Positions 50,473 to 61,138 of a stretch of 64,000 bases of DNA are shown piece after piece. Location of the stretch: positions 32,001 through 96,000 of the IMG/VR virus record IMGVR_UViG_3300023174_000078. One strand, given 5' to 3'. Source of the stretch: a virus. Position numbers and translations under genes: made by a program. Each line of letters opens with the position of its first letter. Positions within the stretch are counted from its first letter, which is position 1. The notes beneath the pieces were generated by a model. That model ran no database searches. It was not told the origin of the DNA and saw only the letters and a list, made by a program, of their open reading frames with translations.

Positions 50473-51218
50473 AGTTCTTTGATCGGGGCTACGGTAGCTT
50501 TCTGCGTATTATCGTAATAAGCATTTTCCAGCCACTCTGTACCGAAATAGAATAAGTTGTCTTCATCTTTTTTTAGTAATTTCGTGATGTCCTCAGAACT
50601 ATAATGTTTAACATCCTGAAGATACTCAGCAACTTTGACGAATTGCATTTCAAGTACTGGGTTTTGAACTGGCTTAATATCTAGCGTCTTTGTATCAGCG
50701 GCGCGTATAAGATCTAGAACCCAAGGCTTTTGCACCTGCCTTCCAGGGCAAGTCTTTGATGTTTTTGGATCATCTCTATGAAATAGAACTGTATTGTAAT
50801 TCGGTTCCAGATTTAACCAGCGCAGGATTTTTGCAGTAGCTGCTGCAGTAGTTTTCCAGCATTCTAGCCCGCGTCCTTTGTTAGGCAATTCTGTATCGTA
50901 ATCTCCAAGCACTTCTATGCCTATAGTGCTGCGATTGAATGAAACAGCATGAACGCCTTTTAGATTAGGTGGCGTCATACCGAAAATTTCATTTTCATCA
51001 ATAAAGAAATGAGGACCTGCGCTCCACTCTTTATTTTTGTAAAAAGCTTCTATGTTGCGGATATGCTGGCCGAGTAACCCCTGGGGTCGCATAGATAATG
51101 AAGGGGCCGCAGTATGATGCAGGCATACGCCTTTACACCAGCTAGGCTTCTCGACACTGTTTAAGTAAGCATCAAAACTCTCTAACGACCACACTTTACC
51201 TACATTCGCGTAACTCAT
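50448..51218 (-). CDS. Endolysin, N-acetylmuramoyl-L-alanine amidase
   Basis: LHHTAAP, PHFFID, HAVSFN..IGIEVLG, FHRD..KTCPG. Confidence 0.9.
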   Translation of the reverse strand: MSYANVGKVWSLESFDAYLNSVEKPSWCKGVCLHHTAAPSLSMRPQGLLGQHIRNIEAFYKNKEWSAGPHFFIDENEIFGMTPPNLKGVHAVSFNRSTIGIEVLGDYDTELPNKGRGLECWKTTAAATAKILRWLNLEPNYNTVLFHRDDPKTSKTCPGRQVQKPWVLDLIRAADTKTLDIKPVQNPVLEMQFVKVAEYLQDVKHYSSEDITKLLKKDEDNLFYFGTEWLENAYYDNTQKATVAPIKELCAIAPKK

Positions 51219-51255
51219 ATAGCCGCTAATTTACATCTGCGTCGGTGTGTGTAAA

Positions 51256-51290
51256 CAAAAAAGCTGCGTCACCTTTCGATGACGCAGCTT
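51256..51290 (-). terminator. Terminator-like hairpin between holin and endolysin
   Basis: AAGCTGCGTCA/TGACGCAGCTT with a T run on the minus strand. Confidence 0.65.
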
Positions 51291-51306
51291 GTGGATATTT
51301 TGTATC

Positions 51307-51501
51307 TTATTTACCGGTCTGTTTAGCTTTGCCGATATTCAGCGCGAGAAAGTCGATGACGGCATAGAATTTGGCCCATACGGTCCCGGCTTTAGGGGTA
51401 GGCGTAACAGCTGCGATAGCAGAAGCCAGCGTGACAACAGCAGTAGCCACTTTGACCCAAGAATTATCGATATAAGGAGTGAGTAAGGTTATGAAGTCCA
51501 T
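51307..51501 (-). CDS. Probable holin
   Basis: 64 aa; hydrophobic helices around TPTP, basic tail; upstream of the endolysin. Confidence 0.65.
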   Translation of the reverse strand: MDFITLLTPYIDNSWVKVATAVVTLASAIAAVTPTPKAGTVWAKFYAVIDFLALNIGKAKQTGK

Positions 51502-51537
51502 AATATTTCAGGTTGACAAAAACATTGTATTCATTTA

Positions 51538-52197
51538 ATGCGTGAATGCAAGCAAATAAACATATACAATTGTATGAACGTCAAAAAAGTATTGATCAAC
51601 AAAAACGACGCCGGGTTCGGGCTATCTAAAGAAGCTCATGAGTTATTTCTAAAGAAGGCCAACATACCTTTTAACAAAAGAATTGAAAATTTTAAAACTA
51701 TACTAATTAAAAGCAGCGAACTAGACTATGTCGCAGCAGTTAACAACGCCAAAGGTAGTGCGGATTTAGAAGAAATTAGGAAAACACACATTCACCACAG
51801 CTGCGAAATTCCCCGGGATCATCCTGCTTTGTGGGAAGTGGCTGATCTTCTTGGTATGGAGCGCATGAATGATCGTTTTTCCAAGCTAGAATTTGCTGAG
51901 GTTCCCGAAGACAAGCAGTGGAGTATCAAACAAATTAACGGAGTTGAGTATATTTCTATAAATCCTAATACAATTGCTAAATTTAATGGGAAATGCGAGC
52001 ATTGGTACGCTTCTGATTTTCGCCCGCCTTGGATGGAGGACACAAAAGATATCGTTGTTGTCGCGGGTATTGACAAAAACGACACTGTAACTTGCATGAT
52101 TTGTGCTTGGGGTGCTATTTCAGCACACACCTCGGATTGGGCAACTTATAAGTGGTATCCTCTCACCAAACTTTGTTCTTTCTACACCACAAAATAA
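51538..52197 (+). CDS. Conserved phage hypothetical protein
   Basis: GFGLS..IPRDHPALWEVADLLG..GVEYI pattern. Confidence 0.6.
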   Translation: MRECKQINIYNCMNVKKVLINKNDAGFGLSKEAHELFLKKANIPFNKRIENFKTILIKSSELDYVAAVNNAKGSADLEEIRKTHIHHSCEIPRDHPALWEVADLLGMERMNDRFSKLEFAEVPEDKQWSIKQINGVEYISINPNTIAKFNGKCEHWYASDFRPPWMEDTKDIVVVAGIDKNDTVTCMICAWGAISAHTSDWATYKWYPLTKLCSFYTTK

Positions 52198-52455
52198 GCA
52201 ATAAATGCTTGCGCATGCCTACATGCTATCGGATAGCATGAAGTTACGCACAAATGAAATCAAAAAAGAATCTAGAAACATCTATAGGGTTCTTGGATAA
52301 CCTATTAAGTCAGATAAGTCCAGAACATCCGAGTTACGACAACTACATAAAAGCGGTAAATACAGCCGTAGCAGCTATAAAAGCGTTTCGTGCGCTGGAA
52401 TTAAAGAAACAAAACAAACACAGATTAACAAAAATCGAAAAAACCAAATCAACTG

Positions 52456-53031
52456 ATGCAGACTGAACACGATACGTTTATTATTTCAGATACGCATTTC
52501 TCGCACGAGAATATTTTGAAATTTGACCGCGATGACGGCCAAAAAGTACGTCCCGGGTTCTCGTGTTTCGAGGAAATGGACGAATATATTGTAAATAAAT
52601 GGAATTCCGTCGTTAAACCAAACGATAAAGTTTATCATTTAGGTGACGTTGTGATGAAAAAGCGCTACATAGACGTTGTTAAGCGACTTAACGGTAAAAA
52701 GCGGCTAATTATGGGTAACCATGACATATTTGGCTTCCAATTTTATGCCGATTACTTTGACGAAGTGTACGCAATGCGTATTTTACCGAAAGAAAGGGTT
52801 ATGATGACCCATATTCCGTTACATTTGAATTCCATCAAACGTGGATTCATCAATATACACGGGCATATTCACGAAAGAATCATCGGACAAGACACTCAGA
52901 TGGTTTTAGGGCATATTTCTGACCAACATCCATTTTATTTCAATGCTTGCGTTGAGCATCACGACTACACACCCGTAGCTATGGACATCATTTGCGATAA
53001 AATCAAAAATCTAGACCAAATTAGTACTTAA
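52456..53031 (+). CDS. Calcineurin-like metallophosphoesterase
   Basis: SDTHF, HLGDV, GNHD, HGHIH. Confidence 0.9.
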   Translation: MQTEHDTFIISDTHFSHENILKFDRDDGQKVRPGFSCFEEMDEYIVNKWNSVVKPNDKVYHLGDVVMKKRYIDVVKRLNGKKRLIMGNHDIFGFQFYADYFDEVYAMRILPKERVMMTHIPLHLNSIKRGFINIHGHIHERIIGQDTQMVLGHISDQHPFYFNACVEHHDYTPVAMDIICDKIKNLDQIST

Positions 53032-53146
53032 TATGTGGAAATATGTAGATAAACTGCTTTGTTACATAGGATGCCACAATTGGCGCAATGGCCCCGGCAC
53101 ACCTTGCGCTAGTTGTGGTAAAGAAGACGATTTTTGGAGCTAATTT

Positions 53147-54112
53147 ATGCCTGAACTCACTTGGTATTTTATAGGGCCTGATAAAACTGGGTTCAATTGC
53201 ACGGATTGCTGCGCTGGATTTTCTTTCTCTGGCGAATCTTGCTTACCTTACGCTTGTCCCACTTCTCCTTCAAAGTTCAGAAAATATCTGTGTCCAAATT
53301 CAGAGTTTCCTACTCCGCATCATATGTATAAGTGGAATGGTAATCCTGATTCAAGTGCGACTATTGCTGTAAATCCAATAGTGTGTCCTAATTCGTCTAC
53401 GACATGTTGGAGCTACACACCTTCCGGTGGTTTAAACGCGGCGGGACGTATTGGCTCTAATTGTTCGCAATCATATGTTACGTCTAGCAACATATGTATG
53501 ACTTCTATTACACCATGCACGCCAGGCCCCTGCGCAATGGTCTCGGGAAATATTTTCTATCCTAAGAGCTGCATCACCACCGCTTCGGGATGTATTTGTT
53601 CTTCAGGTTCTTCTTATAACACTTGCACGGCTACCTGTGATGATTCTGATCCAGAATGCGATCCATGTGAAAGATGTTACCATACATGTCCTTCCGGGGA
53701 GATAGTAGAATACGATTGTGGTTATAGTTATGAATGTTCGTGTGATTCTGCATCGGAACCCACATGTCCTGGCGGTTGCAGTCCTGACTGCGACGGAAAC
53801 GGAAACTGGTTTTGCCCTCCTGTTTCTTGTACGCCTGCCTGTTCTTCGGGTTATTCCTGCAACTGCGGCATATGTTCATGCGTCGAACAAGCGTGCTGTA
53901 GCGGCATCTCTGCGGGCTGGACTTGGAACTCGGGACTTAATACGTGTGAGCCTTGTTACCAGGGGTATTGGTCGAGGTCAGATTGCTGCTATAAACGTTA
54001 TAAACAAAAACACTGCTCAAATGAAAATGATACATGCTGCAATGACGGGCGTTGTTACTCGCAAAGTACCGTACTTTGTCAAATTCCAACTGGCAATCAA
54101 CCTCCTCCGTAA
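53147..54112 (+). CDS. Very Cys-rich protein (about 45 Cys in 321 aa)
   Basis: Cys/Ser/Thr/Pro/Gly-rich ORF; no signal peptide seen. Confidence 0.7.
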   Translation: MPELTWYFIGPDKTGFNCTDCCAGFSFSGESCLPYACPTSPSKFRKYLCPNSEFPTPHHMYKWNGNPDSSATIAVNPIVCPNSSTTCWSYTPSGGLNAAGRIGSNCSQSYVTSSNICMTSITPCTPGPCAMVSGNIFYPKSCITTASGCICSSGSSYNTCTATCDDSDPECDPCERCYHTCPSGEIVEYDCGYSYECSCDSASEPTCPGGCSPDCDGNGNWFCPPVSCTPACSSGYSCNCGICSCVEQACCSGISAGWTWNSGLNTCEPCYQGYWSRSDCCYKRYKQKHCSNENDTCCNDGRCYSQSTVLCQIPTGNQPPP

Positions 54113-54123
54113 TATATAGGCAT

Positions 54124-54336
54124 ATGAACAGACCCGTCCCATCTAATAACGCCGAATTGAGAAAGGCGGTTGATGTCGCTAATAATATCTTTGAGAATAT
54201 AGCGTCTATGCCTGAAACCTTTGAAATGTATCCTTTTTTACTAGCGAGCTACAATAGTCTGTGTAAAGGATGTACAGATCCTCGCGCCTTTAATTATGAC
54301 CCAAATGCGGAAGTAGACGATAATTCTTGTTTATGA
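54124..54336 (+). CDS. Small protein with a GCTDPxAxNY..DD.SC motif
   Basis: KGCTDPRAFNYDPNAEVDDNSCL. Confidence 0.6.
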   Translation: MNRPVPSNNAELRKAVDVANNIFENIASMPETFEMYPFLLASYNSLCKGCTDPRAFNYDPNAEVDDNSCL

Positions 54337-55943
54337 ACTTACCCTTCAAGAAAAGTTTATTCCTGGAACTGATACGCTATCCGCTGTTCGTTGATTTCGT
54401 CCGAAACACGGCAGCATTGGATATTCCTGATAATATTGAAGATAAGCATTTCCGAGGCCACAATCTGAAAAATTATAAGGCTTATTTACAAAGCAACATA
54501 ACTGTAGTTGAAGACTTACTGACGTTGTTTTTAGAGAGCTATCCTGTTTTTTGGGGGGTGGTTTTTACCATAAACGCAATGGCGGCGGAATATAGTATCT
54601 GGCAAGCGAGTGACGTGCGCAAAGCATCGCGCAGGCAGGATCATGCTATTGCAAAAATATATATTATTATTGATTGTGTTTTCCAGGCTAAGCTAGGCGA
54701 CTACGACGCTGCTCGGCTGCATCACAGAATCGATAAATTAGTTCTTGGTGCTTTGACTAGTTTCGATTTTAAGCAGCATTTGAAAGACAAGATAGGCACG
54801 TACAAAGACCAAACCCTAAGTAATTTATATAATTATGTGGTGAGTATTACTTATAGATTTGTGCCGACCGTTAAAGACTATATTATGCAAAAATTAGATT
54901 CCATTATGAGTGCTGACGATGTATTAAAGAATTATTTTGATCGTGTTGTTGTTATCAACTTAGATCGTCGGACAGACAGATGGGAGGCGATACAAGAAAA
55001 GTTCGCTAAGATTAATTGGCCATTCAAGGAGCCTGAGCGGTTCTCTGCTTACGACGGGGACAGGTTACCAGAGCCTATTGGTTGGACACACGGCAGAGGC
55101 ACATGGGGTTGTCTGCTGTCCCACAGAGAGGTACTGAGTCGCGCGATACAAGACGGACTCAATAGCGTGTTAATTTTAGAAGACGACATTTTCTTCGCGC
55201 CAGACTTTGAAACTCGAGTCATTAATTTCATCCAGGGGCTACCTGTAAATTGGGATCAGATAATGCTGGGCGGTCAATTTTTCGATAACTCTAAAGCATA
55301 CGACATTTCCCCGGAAGTAAGGAAGGTCTCTCTTTGCCACCGGTCGCACGCGTACGCCGTTAAGGGAGCATTCATGCATTACATGTATTCTAAACTGTGT
55401 GCATCTTATGGGCACGTAGACCACATCATGAACACGTTTCAGGAGCGATTTAATGTGTACACGCCAAGACACTTTCTGATAGGACAAGACGGATCTCCTA
55501 GCGACATATCCGGGGCGCAGGGTAGCCCGGATCTGCTGCGAAATCCGCCGGATAAAGATACGCCTGTGTTCGTGATAGCTCCAGATCTTGATTTGCATAA
55601 GCAAGTATTTGAATCAGATTTGCCGTTACACTTCGGTACCCTTGCACCGTCTGGAGCAAACGCACAGTTACAACATTTTGTGGACCATCCAGTTCCTAAT
55701 CTAAAATTCGCGATTTTTGAATTTTTGAATTCTAGTATCTGGTACGCTAGATCTGTGTACCCTTCTAAATACAGCACCATATTAAATCCGGAAGGATTGT
55801 TAATGGATGAGGTAATGCAGGCCAAAGGAAATCTTAATTTGATATACATTGAATCGATGGCGCAACTGCAAGAAGCGATTGCTAAATATCCCTTTGGTGA
55901 GGATTTACCATCCCAGTTTCCAGAAGACAAACGTGAAATTTAA
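54327..55943 (+). CDS. Glycosyltransferase GT25-like, with extra N- and C-terminal domains
   Basis: VVINLDRRTDRW, GCLLSH, ILEDD. Confidence 0.8.
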   Translation: MFMNLPFKKSLFLELIRYPLFVDFVRNTAALDIPDNIEDKHFRGHNLKNYKAYLQSNITVVEDLLTLFLESYPVFWGVVFTINAMAAEYSIWQASDVRKASRRQDHAIAKIYIIIDCVFQAKLGDYDAARLHHRIDKLVLGALTSFDFKQHLKDKIGTYKDQTLSNLYNYVVSITYRFVPTVKDYIMQKLDSIMSADDVLKNYFDRVVVINLDRRTDRWEAIQEKFAKINWPFKEPERFSAYDGDRLPEPIGWTHGRGTWGCLLSHREVLSRAIQDGLNSVLILEDDIFFAPDFETRVINFIQGLPVNWDQIMLGGQFFDNSKAYDISPEVRKVSLCHRSHAYAVKGAFMHYMYSKLCASYGHVDHIMNTFQERFNVYTPRHFLIGQDGSPSDISGAQGSPDLLRNPPDKDTPVFVIAPDLDLHKQVFESDLPLHFGTLAPSGANAQLQHFVDHPVPNLKFAIFEFLNSSIWYARSVYPSKYSTILNPEGLLMDEVMQAKGNLNLIYIESMAQLQEAIAKYPFGEDLPSQFPEDKREI

Positions 55944-56530
55944 ATGCTATGAATGGAGAAGCAGGCAAAGGTTCAGCTATTCGCCAGTCCTCGGACTGGA
56001 AAAAATATGAGTCAAACTATGACCAGATATTTAAAAAAGAGACTACGATAACTGACGGGCACACTACATGGAATAGATGTGATAGAAAACATTGTGATCT
56101 GCATGTGGTGAGGCCGGGTAAAGTGCAATGCTGGTGTGACGAGCTGAAGGACCATTACACAAATGAAAGCCTTAATTAAATTTTTATATCGCTGGGTAAT
56201 AAATAAACTTTATTTTTCTACCTGTAAAAAGAAAATGAATAGTGCTAGGCGGCGATACCAGCGAGCCAAAGAAAAACTTAATAGCGATATGTTTACATGA
56301 GTGCCGCCTTACCCCCTAGTTCAGCCATCATTTCCCGGATCACGCAGTATCTCATGACAGGTGGTAATTTTAATCCCGAATTAGCAGATCACATCGCTGT
56401 CAGAGATTTATTGATTGATTGTCGTGATGTTTTGATTGCAATACAAAAACGCGACGGTAAATACTCAAGTCCGTCATTACCACTTGTACCGAATGAGCGG
56501 CTATAATCCCGCAATCGTACCCGATAATTT

Positions 56531-57286
56531 ATGCGCATAATTCATACCCATAACGGGTTAAGACTTGGGGATAACTTAATACAACTGAATTTTCTCAGAC
56601 GAGCAAGTCAGATAAATAAGGATGTGCAGTTCATTCATTACTACAATCCGCATTTTTGTAATGGTGCGGAGCTTCTACCTTTTGTTGAGGGCTTTGAAAC
56701 GCAGATTACAATTTCGCCAGCTTCCCCGCCAGCGCACAGTATAGATTCTTGGCGCGGACCTATGTGGTATTCGCACGCGGATAGATTAGACTTTGCGAAG
56801 TTTCATTTATTCTGGTTCGCTCATTTGGCGGCAGTAATGCAGATTGTAAATCCAATTAATGACACAGAGCATTTACTTATCGACTACCCGTTACTGTACA
56901 ATAATGACGTACCGTCTTTTGACGCAGTAATCATTAATTCCCCTGCGCTGTCAGGACAGTATCATGCTTATAACGAGGACGACTACAGGCATCTTATTAT
57001 TGCGTTGCTCGCTCGCGGTTACTCTGTGCTGACTACAAAGCCTACAGATTTATGTCCTTCTGCGGTAGGGCATAACGTGGCCTGGATTGGCGCTGTAGCG
57101 GCAAATGCCAAATTGATTATAGGTACTAGCACCGGACCTAGCTGGCCTTGTTTGAATGTGAGAAATAGAGATGCTAAACACATTTTATGTCTAGATACTG
57201 AAAATGTTATCTTGACACCACGAGGTAGCGTGGCTAGGAATGTGCCGCAAGTTATCGATATTTTGGCTAAAGAAAATTTTTTATGA
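56531..57286 (+). CDS. GT9-like glycosyltransferase
   Basis: RLGDNLI N-terminus; IIGTSTGPSW. Confidence 0.5.
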   Translation: MRIIHTHNGLRLGDNLIQLNFLRRASQINKDVQFIHYYNPHFCNGAELLPFVEGFETQITISPASPPAHSIDSWRGPMWYSHADRLDFAKFHLFWFAHLAAVMQIVNPINDTEHLLIDYPLLYNNDVPSFDAVIINSPALSGQYHAYNEDDYRHLIIALLARGYSVLTTKPTDLCPSAVGHNVAWIGAVAANAKLIIGTSTGPSWPCLNVRNRDAKHILCLDTENVILTPRGSVARNVPQVIDILAKENFL

Positions 57287-58374
57287 AGCAGAACAAATAT
57301 AGTGATTTTAAGATATTTGCTTTTCCTGAGAAAGTGCAAAGTTTCAGAGATAACGTCTTAACTGCGCCCATTTATGTACGCATTAAGCCTATTAATCGTT
57401 GTAATCATGCTTGTCACTGGTGCGTGTATTCGGATGGTACACTACGACCTAAGGATCGCCCAGACAAGCATTTGAAAGCGGGTATGCACGAGACCATGCG
57501 CGAGCAGGACATCATGCCTACGGATGCCGCGCTCGGCCTCATCGATGACCTGGCTGATATTGGTACTAAAGCCGTGACATTCTCTGGCGGTGGAGAACCT
57601 CTACTTCATAAAGACATAGCTTCTATCATGCAGAGAACTTTGGATAAGAATGTAGCATTATCCATCATTACCAACGGGCAGTTACTTCAAGGGGCCCGCG
57701 CAGAGACTTTAGCGCACGCCAAATGGGTTCGTATTTCTATGGATTACACTAGCGAGAAGCAGATGGTGGAATCGCGTAATGTACCGGGGCGCTTCTTTAC
57801 TGGTGTGCTGGATAATATTAAGACCTTCGCTAAAATCAAAGATAGCAATTGTGATCTGGGCATTAATTTTATTATTACTAGAGACAATTATGAAGGTATT
57901 GTAGACTTTGCAAAACAGCTAAAGGATTGCGGCGTCGAGAACATTCGGTTCAGTCCTGTTTATGTTAGCGGTTTCAAAGAGTATCACACACCTATCGCTG
58001 CGCGCGTTGTTGAGCAGCTTTTAGAATGTCAGACTTTTTGTGATGCCAATTTTTCTATCAATACTACATACGATTTAGACAGCCCATCCAAGTCCCCGGT
58101 CAGACCGTTTAACCGTTGCTTATATGCGCAGACAACATGTGTCGTTGGTGCTGATCTGAATATCTACGCCTGCCACAATACCGCATATAGTAAGCACGGA
58201 CTGATCGCGGGTATGCAGAATAGAAAGTTTTCAGAGGCGTGGTTCTCTGATGAAGTTAAGGAGTGGCACGCCAAGTTTAGACCTTGCAACGTGTGTCACC
58301 ATGAGTGCGCTAATCATAACAAGGTTGCGCTATACGAACAATTAGCGACAGATAGTGTAGATTCATTTGTATAA
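57283..58374 (+). CDS. Radical SAM protein with SPASM-like tail
   Basis: CNHACHWC, FSGGGEPLL, C-terminal Cys cluster. Confidence 0.9.
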   Translation: MKQNKYSDFKIFAFPEKVQSFRDNVLTAPIYVRIKPINRCNHACHWCVYSDGTLRPKDRPDKHLKAGMHETMREQDIMPTDAALGLIDDLADIGTKAVTFSGGGEPLLHKDIASIMQRTLDKNVALSIITNGQLLQGARAETLAHAKWVRISMDYTSEKQMVESRNVPGRFFTGVLDNIKTFAKIKDSNCDLGINFIITRDNYEGIVDFAKQLKDCGVENIRFSPVYVSGFKEYHTPIAARVVEQLLECQTFCDANFSINTTYDLDSPSKSPVRPFNRCLYAQTTCVVGADLNIYACHNTAYSKHGLIAGMQNRKFSEAWFSDEVKEWHAKFRPCNVCHHECANHNKVALYEQLATDSVDSFV

Positions 58375-58380
58375 ATTTTT

Positions 58381-59187
58381 ATGAGTAAACAAACAAACAG
58401 CATGCCTAGAGTTGCATTTACAATTATATTTAATGGATTAAGACATTTAATCCATAATGACTACTATAAATTTATGGTCGAAAATTTCGACCTGTGGGTT
58501 ATAGCTGAAGGGGTCTCTAAAAATACAGGGTCTACAGCTTGGTGTAATGTGTTACCTGACACTATCCATGATAATTTTCTATCTAAAGACGGAACGACTC
58601 AGTTTTTAGATGAGTTAGCAAAACAACATTCTAATGTTAAAATAGTTAGAAGTCCTACACGATATTGGCCTAACAAGGATCATCAAGTAAATGCGGCAAT
58701 CGAGGAGATTAAGAAGCATTATAGTAACTGTCTATTATGGGAAGTTGATATAGATGAGCAGTGGAATAAAGAAAGTTTGGAAAAATCAGAATCTGAGCTA
58801 ATAGAAAGTAACGCTAAAACTGGTTGTTTTTTAGCCAACTATTACGTAGGTAAAGATTTAGTAGCCCGTGGTGTTTGGGGTGAAGGCAGTCATACACCAT
58901 ATATGCGTTTGTGGAATTGGAATGGCGAACTATTCAGTACGCACGAACCTCCAAATTTAGCCGGGGGAAACGGACATACAGTATTATTGACCCCTAGGTT
59001 CAATCATTATTCATACTTTTTTGAAGAAGATGTTCTTTTTAAAGAGTTATATTATGGTGGTTACACGGGATTACATAGCAGGTGGAGTGCCGTGCAAACA
59101 TCACCGACATTCCCTATTCATATTAGGAGTCTGCTTGGTAACAATACAGGATGGGCCAATACAGATACGTTTATTCACAAGATTTAA
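58381..59187 (+). CDS. Putative glycosyltransferase
   Basis: SKDGT and WEVDIDEQW (DxD) motifs. Confidence 0.6.
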   Translation: MSKQTNSMPRVAFTIIFNGLRHLIHNDYYKFMVENFDLWVIAEGVSKNTGSTAWCNVLPDTIHDNFLSKDGTTQFLDELAKQHSNVKIVRSPTRYWPNKDHQVNAAIEEIKKHYSNCLLWEVDIDEQWNKESLEKSESELIESNAKTGCFLANYYVGKDLVARGVWGEGSHTPYMRLWNWNGELFSTHEPPNLAGGNGHTVLLTPRFNHYSYFFEEDVLFKELYYGGYTGLHSRWSAVQTSPTFPIHIRSLLGNNTGWANTDTFIHKI

Positions 59188-59195
59188 TTAAGCAT

Positions 59196-59852
59196 ATGCA
59201 AAGTGAAATACATCTAGGAGAAGAATTCGGACAAATGATACACAGGTATGTTAGTCTGTATAAGTTGAGAAATAATCTTGAGATAGGTTCTTGGGATGGC
59301 GCGGGTTCCACGCGCTGCTTTGTTGATGCGCAGCAGGCCCTAGACGGGCCTAAAAGGTTGATATGTGTGGAAGCGCTAAAAGACAGGTATGATGTCCTGG
59401 TAGATAGGTATAAGGACGTAGATTGGGTGGATTGCAGGCATTGCACAAGTTTGTCCTATGATCAATTAATCTATAAAGATTTTGAAGATATATGGACATC
59501 GCCTTATAACAAAATATCAGGGTACAGTAAAGCTCTCGTTAAGAGCTGGTTTGATAATGGTGTGGAGTTGATAAAGAATTCCGTCTCACTACAATTGGAG
59601 ACACTGGGTCCGTTTGACTCAGTCCTACTGGATGGGTGTGAGTTCTCTGGCTACTCTGAGTTTGTCCTTTTGAAAGACAAGACTAACGTGTTCTTCCTAG
59701 ACGATGTACACTCCGCCTTCAAATGTTACCAAGTATACGAAGAGTTAAAAAACAATACGGATTGGGTGCTGACAGCGGAAAACGCGAGTACCAGAAATGG
59801 CTACGCTATATTCGTTAGACGTCATTTGCACCTTTGCAACGCAACGCTATAA
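59196..59852 (+). CDS. Putative SAM-dependent methyltransferase
   Basis: LEIGSWDGAGST, VLLDG..GY.EF, FLDD. Confidence 0.6.
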   Translation: MQSEIHLGEEFGQMIHRYVSLYKLRNNLEIGSWDGAGSTRCFVDAQQALDGPKRLICVEALKDRYDVLVDRYKDVDWVDCRHCTSLSYDQLIYKDFEDIWTSPYNKISGYSKALVKSWFDNGVELIKNSVSLQLETLGPFDSVLLDGCEFSGYSEFVLLKDKTNVFFLDDVHSAFKCYQVYEELKNNTDWVLTAENASTRNGYAIFVRRHLHLCNATL

Positions 59853-59866
59853 CCAGTAAATAATTC

Positions 59867-61072
59867 ATGAGCAAAACAGCACTAACAAAAGAGGATCTTA
59901 TATCGTTTGAAAAACGTATTTGTGATTTGTACTTAGATAACAAACTTCCATTCCTATTCCATTTGTCTGGTGGTAATGAAGACCAGTTGCTCGATATTTT
60001 TAGCAATATAGAAAAGGATGATTATGTGTTGTCTAATCACAGAAGTCATTATCATGCCTTACTGCACGGTATTCCACCGGCTGAGCTGGAACAGAAGATC
60101 CTTGATGGGCAGAGTATGTTTATATACGACCGCGCCCGTAATTTCTTTTGTTCGGCTATTATTGGCGGTACGCCAGGCATTGCCGTTGGGATTGCGTGGG
60201 CATTGAAACAAAAAGGATCCAAACAAAAGGTATGGTGTTTTGTTGGTGACGGTACAGAAGATTCTGGACATTTGTTTGAGGCCGTGCGTTACGCAGAAGG
60301 GCTGGAGCTTCCATGTACTTTTGTAATTGAGAATAATAACCGCTCGGTGGAAACGCCTAATGAAGAGCGTTGGGGTTCTACGGGCGACATCACTTGGGAA
60401 TCTCCCAGTGTGCTAAAGTATTACTACGACATCACATATCCCCACGCGCGTATGCCTGGTAAGATTGATCTCAGTAAAGCGGTCAAGAAAACTGACGAGG
60501 AGTATTTCCCACTTCTTCAAAATCCGGATTACGTGGATAGAACACAAGCGGATGAAATGAATTTATCTTATAAGGATGCTGTGGCTCTTGCCATGAAAGA
60601 AATATCCACGCATAACGCAGTCTTTATTGGTTACAATGTGCGCAGAGGGGATGCGATGGGCACGTTGAAAGATGTGCCTATGTCTCAGAAGCTGGAGACG
60701 CCCGTGGCAGAGAACTTGATGGCGGGCTTAGCGATTGGTATGTCTTTTGAAGGTTTTATACCTGTGCTTTACTATGAACGGCATGACTTCATGCTTGTAG
60801 CCATGGACGCGATTGTTAATCATATTGATAAGATTGAGAGAATTTCGCACGGGCAATATAAAGTACCTGTTATTATTCGCGCAGTTGTCGCGGATGGTGG
60901 GCCTTTCTACTCAGGGCCTACACATTCACAGGACTTTACTAGCGCCTTCAAATCCCTCGTCTCATTCCCGGTGCTGGATCCTGTTACAGGTAAAGATGTT
61001 TTGAATGCTTTCCGCAACGCACTAGCTAGTGGTAAACCTGCTATGATTGTAGAACGTAAAAGCAGATATTAA
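59867..61072 (+). CDS. Fused TPP-dependent E1 alpha + beta (pyrimidine-binding) protein
   Basis: HRSHYH and GDG..ENN TPP motif, then ETPVAEN..GLAIGM..GPTHSQ in one 401-aa ORF. Confidence 0.85.
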   Translation: MSKTALTKEDLISFEKRICDLYLDNKLPFLFHLSGGNEDQLLDIFSNIEKDDYVLSNHRSHYHALLHGIPPAELEQKILDGQSMFIYDRARNFFCSAIIGGTPGIAVGIAWALKQKGSKQKVWCFVGDGTEDSGHLFEAVRYAEGLELPCTFVIENNNRSVETPNEERWGSTGDITWESPSVLKYYYDITYPHARMPGKIDLSKAVKKTDEEYFPLLQNPDYVDRTQADEMNLSYKDAVALAMKEISTHNAVFIGYNVRRGDAMGTLKDVPMSQKLETPVAENLMAGLAIGMSFEGFIPVLYYERHDFMLVAMDAIVNHIDKIERISHGQYKVPVIIRAVVADGGPFYSGPTHSQDFTSAFKSLVSFPVLDPVTGKDVLNAFRNALASGKPAMIVERKSRY

Positions 61073-61100
61073 CGCAATGAAAATTTTGAGAGATAGTTTA
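61070..61100 (+). repeat. 31-bp direct repeat, left copy
   Basis: TAACGCAATGAAAATTTTGAGAGATAGTTTA; 30/31 identical to 62483..62513. Confidence 0.9.
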
Positions 61101-61138
61101 TCTGTATTATGCTTAAATAATTACGGAATATTCGAAAC

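Noticed and set aside
59867-61072. Pyruvate dehydrogenase auxiliary metabolic gene (pdhA/pdhB)
   Set aside because: Truncated fused architecture, no E2/E3 and a glycosylation context make a central-metabolism role unsupported; no gene symbol assigned
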